A stretch of DNA of 64,000 bases, from contig NW_027191408.1 in the NCBI RefSeq assembly GCF_041146345.1, positions 1,178,001 through 1,242,000 of the forward strand. The letters run 5' to 3'. The DNA comes from Neodothiora populina (taxonomy: Eukaryota). The translations under genes and the position numbers were made by a program. Under the pieces are notes generated by a model. That model was given only the letters and a program-made list of their open reading frames with translations. It was not told where the DNA came from and made no database searches. Each line of letters begins with the position of its first letter. Position 1 is the stretch's first letter. Below are positions 62,916-64,000 of the stretch, piece after piece.

Positions 62916-62955
62916 GCTCGAGTCAACGGTTCCATATGGAACCGTTAACTCGAGC
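62916..62955. repeat. 40-bp near-perfect palindrome (no spacer, one mismatch)
   Basis: GCTCGAGTCAACGGTTCCAT|ATGGAACCGTTAACTCGAGC. Confidence 0.95.
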
Positions 62956-63169
62956 GCTTGTGGGAAATGTTCAGGCCGGTCCCATTGAATGCTCGCACCC
63001 CAGAGGAACAGCATCCGTGAGAAATGTCCATTTCTCTGCTATTGTGCCTCGCAGCGTTGAACATGTAGAATAAGAAGGCGATGATTCCGCTTCGCTTGGA
63101 GCAGCATCTCCTCAGTCATCCTGTATTACATCTTCGTCGTTCAACTTGATTCCCTTGAGACCGTTCACA

Positions 63170-63797
63170 ATGAGGGTACAGCCTATCTGTGTCTTTGCTG
63201 CACTTGTTTCGTTGCTCATCGTTGTCAATGTGGCTGCGGAGACACTTGTATCACTCAGCGAGCCTGGCAGGAAGTCCAGCCTTCTAAGGGTGTCCCATGA
63301 CACTCTCCATGCCTACGATAAGTCGACGAGAACATCGAAGGGCATGGAAACAGTCCTTGCCAGTTATGCGAAGTCGGACCATATACGAAGCACGACCACC
63401 AGCAATGTGGGGGACCTTAGCCGTAGCAGGATCCGGACTTCTACATCGTCCAGCGCGATTACATACCACATAGTCTCGAGCTCAAGTCCGAGTGCAGAAC
63501 CGACTGCTGCCATACTGTCAGCTGCACCATCTCCAGTAAACGCAATCACGGGCTGCATGACTTACACTACCCCCTATGTTCTTGCTCAACCCTCGCTATA
63601 CCGAGCAAGATAGAAATGCAGCTGCCGAAAGCAAATATTTTGGGGCAAAGATAGTCTTCGTGGTGATTGGTTTTGTTGTTGGCATAGTCATGCAATCTTT
63701 GGTCGGATTCTTTAAGGTCAAATACTGGGTCATCAAGACGAAGCGTGAGAGCAGAGCGGCTCACGGACAAGCAACAAGAGACACCAACCGCTCATAG
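63170..63797 (+). pseudogene. Paralog B of the orphan membrane protein, frameshifted near 63590
   Basis: Signal MRVQPICVFAALVSLLIVVNVAA and S/T-rich stalk lie in one frame. The TM and basic tail (EQDRNAAAESKYFGAKIVFVVIGFVVGIVMQSLVGFFKVKYWVIKTKR) lie in the +1 frame. Confidence 0.6.
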
Positions 63798-64000
63798 GTG
63801 CACGCGATGCGCTGTCCTTTCGCCCACTGCATCAACAACGACTCTTACCAAGGCCGAAAAGTTACATATTTAACGTTCTCTCTAAGCAACTCGAGCTCAC
63901 AATTTGTGACTTTCTGATTTCATATGAAACGTTTCGATTGCTTCTGATTCTTCAAGACTTTCATTAAAGCTCCATTTTATACACATATCTATCAAACTTG

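Overview
This window is eukaryotic DNA from a filamentous ascomycete (Pezizomycotina-type), with short GT-AG introns and CTAAC/CTGAC branch points. About 20 genes can be reconstructed. The conserved ones are a bZIP-DUF3425 regulator, BMS1, a hidden four-exon I9 protease inhibitor, a PDK/BCKDK-type kinase, a Whi5/Nrm1-motif protein, ERG5 (CYP61), a TatD/Scn1 protein, a Zn2Cys6 regulator, an MME1-type mitochondrial carrier, a GTT3-like protein, EMW1, a GPI-anchored wall protein, two MFS transporters, a UIM-containing membrane-anchored protein and TMS1/Serinc. Three accessory zones are decaying. 1.5-6.7 kb holds a possible SDR relic. 23.6-29 kb holds a frameshifted GH3 beta-glucosidase, an APH-like kinase with one premature TAA and a possible sugar-porter remnant. 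57.5-64 kb holds stop-riddled relics and a tandem pair of orphan single-pass membrane paralogs separated by a 40-bp palindrome. I saw no tRNA, rRNA, CRISPR array or intact transposon. The best leads for new biology are a candidate membrane-anchored ubiquitin/Atg8 receptor (50318-52750), the orphan paralog pair with its palindrome, and an MCB-box cluster that suggests an Nrm1-type feedback loop. All family assignments come from motif recognition by eye, not database searches.
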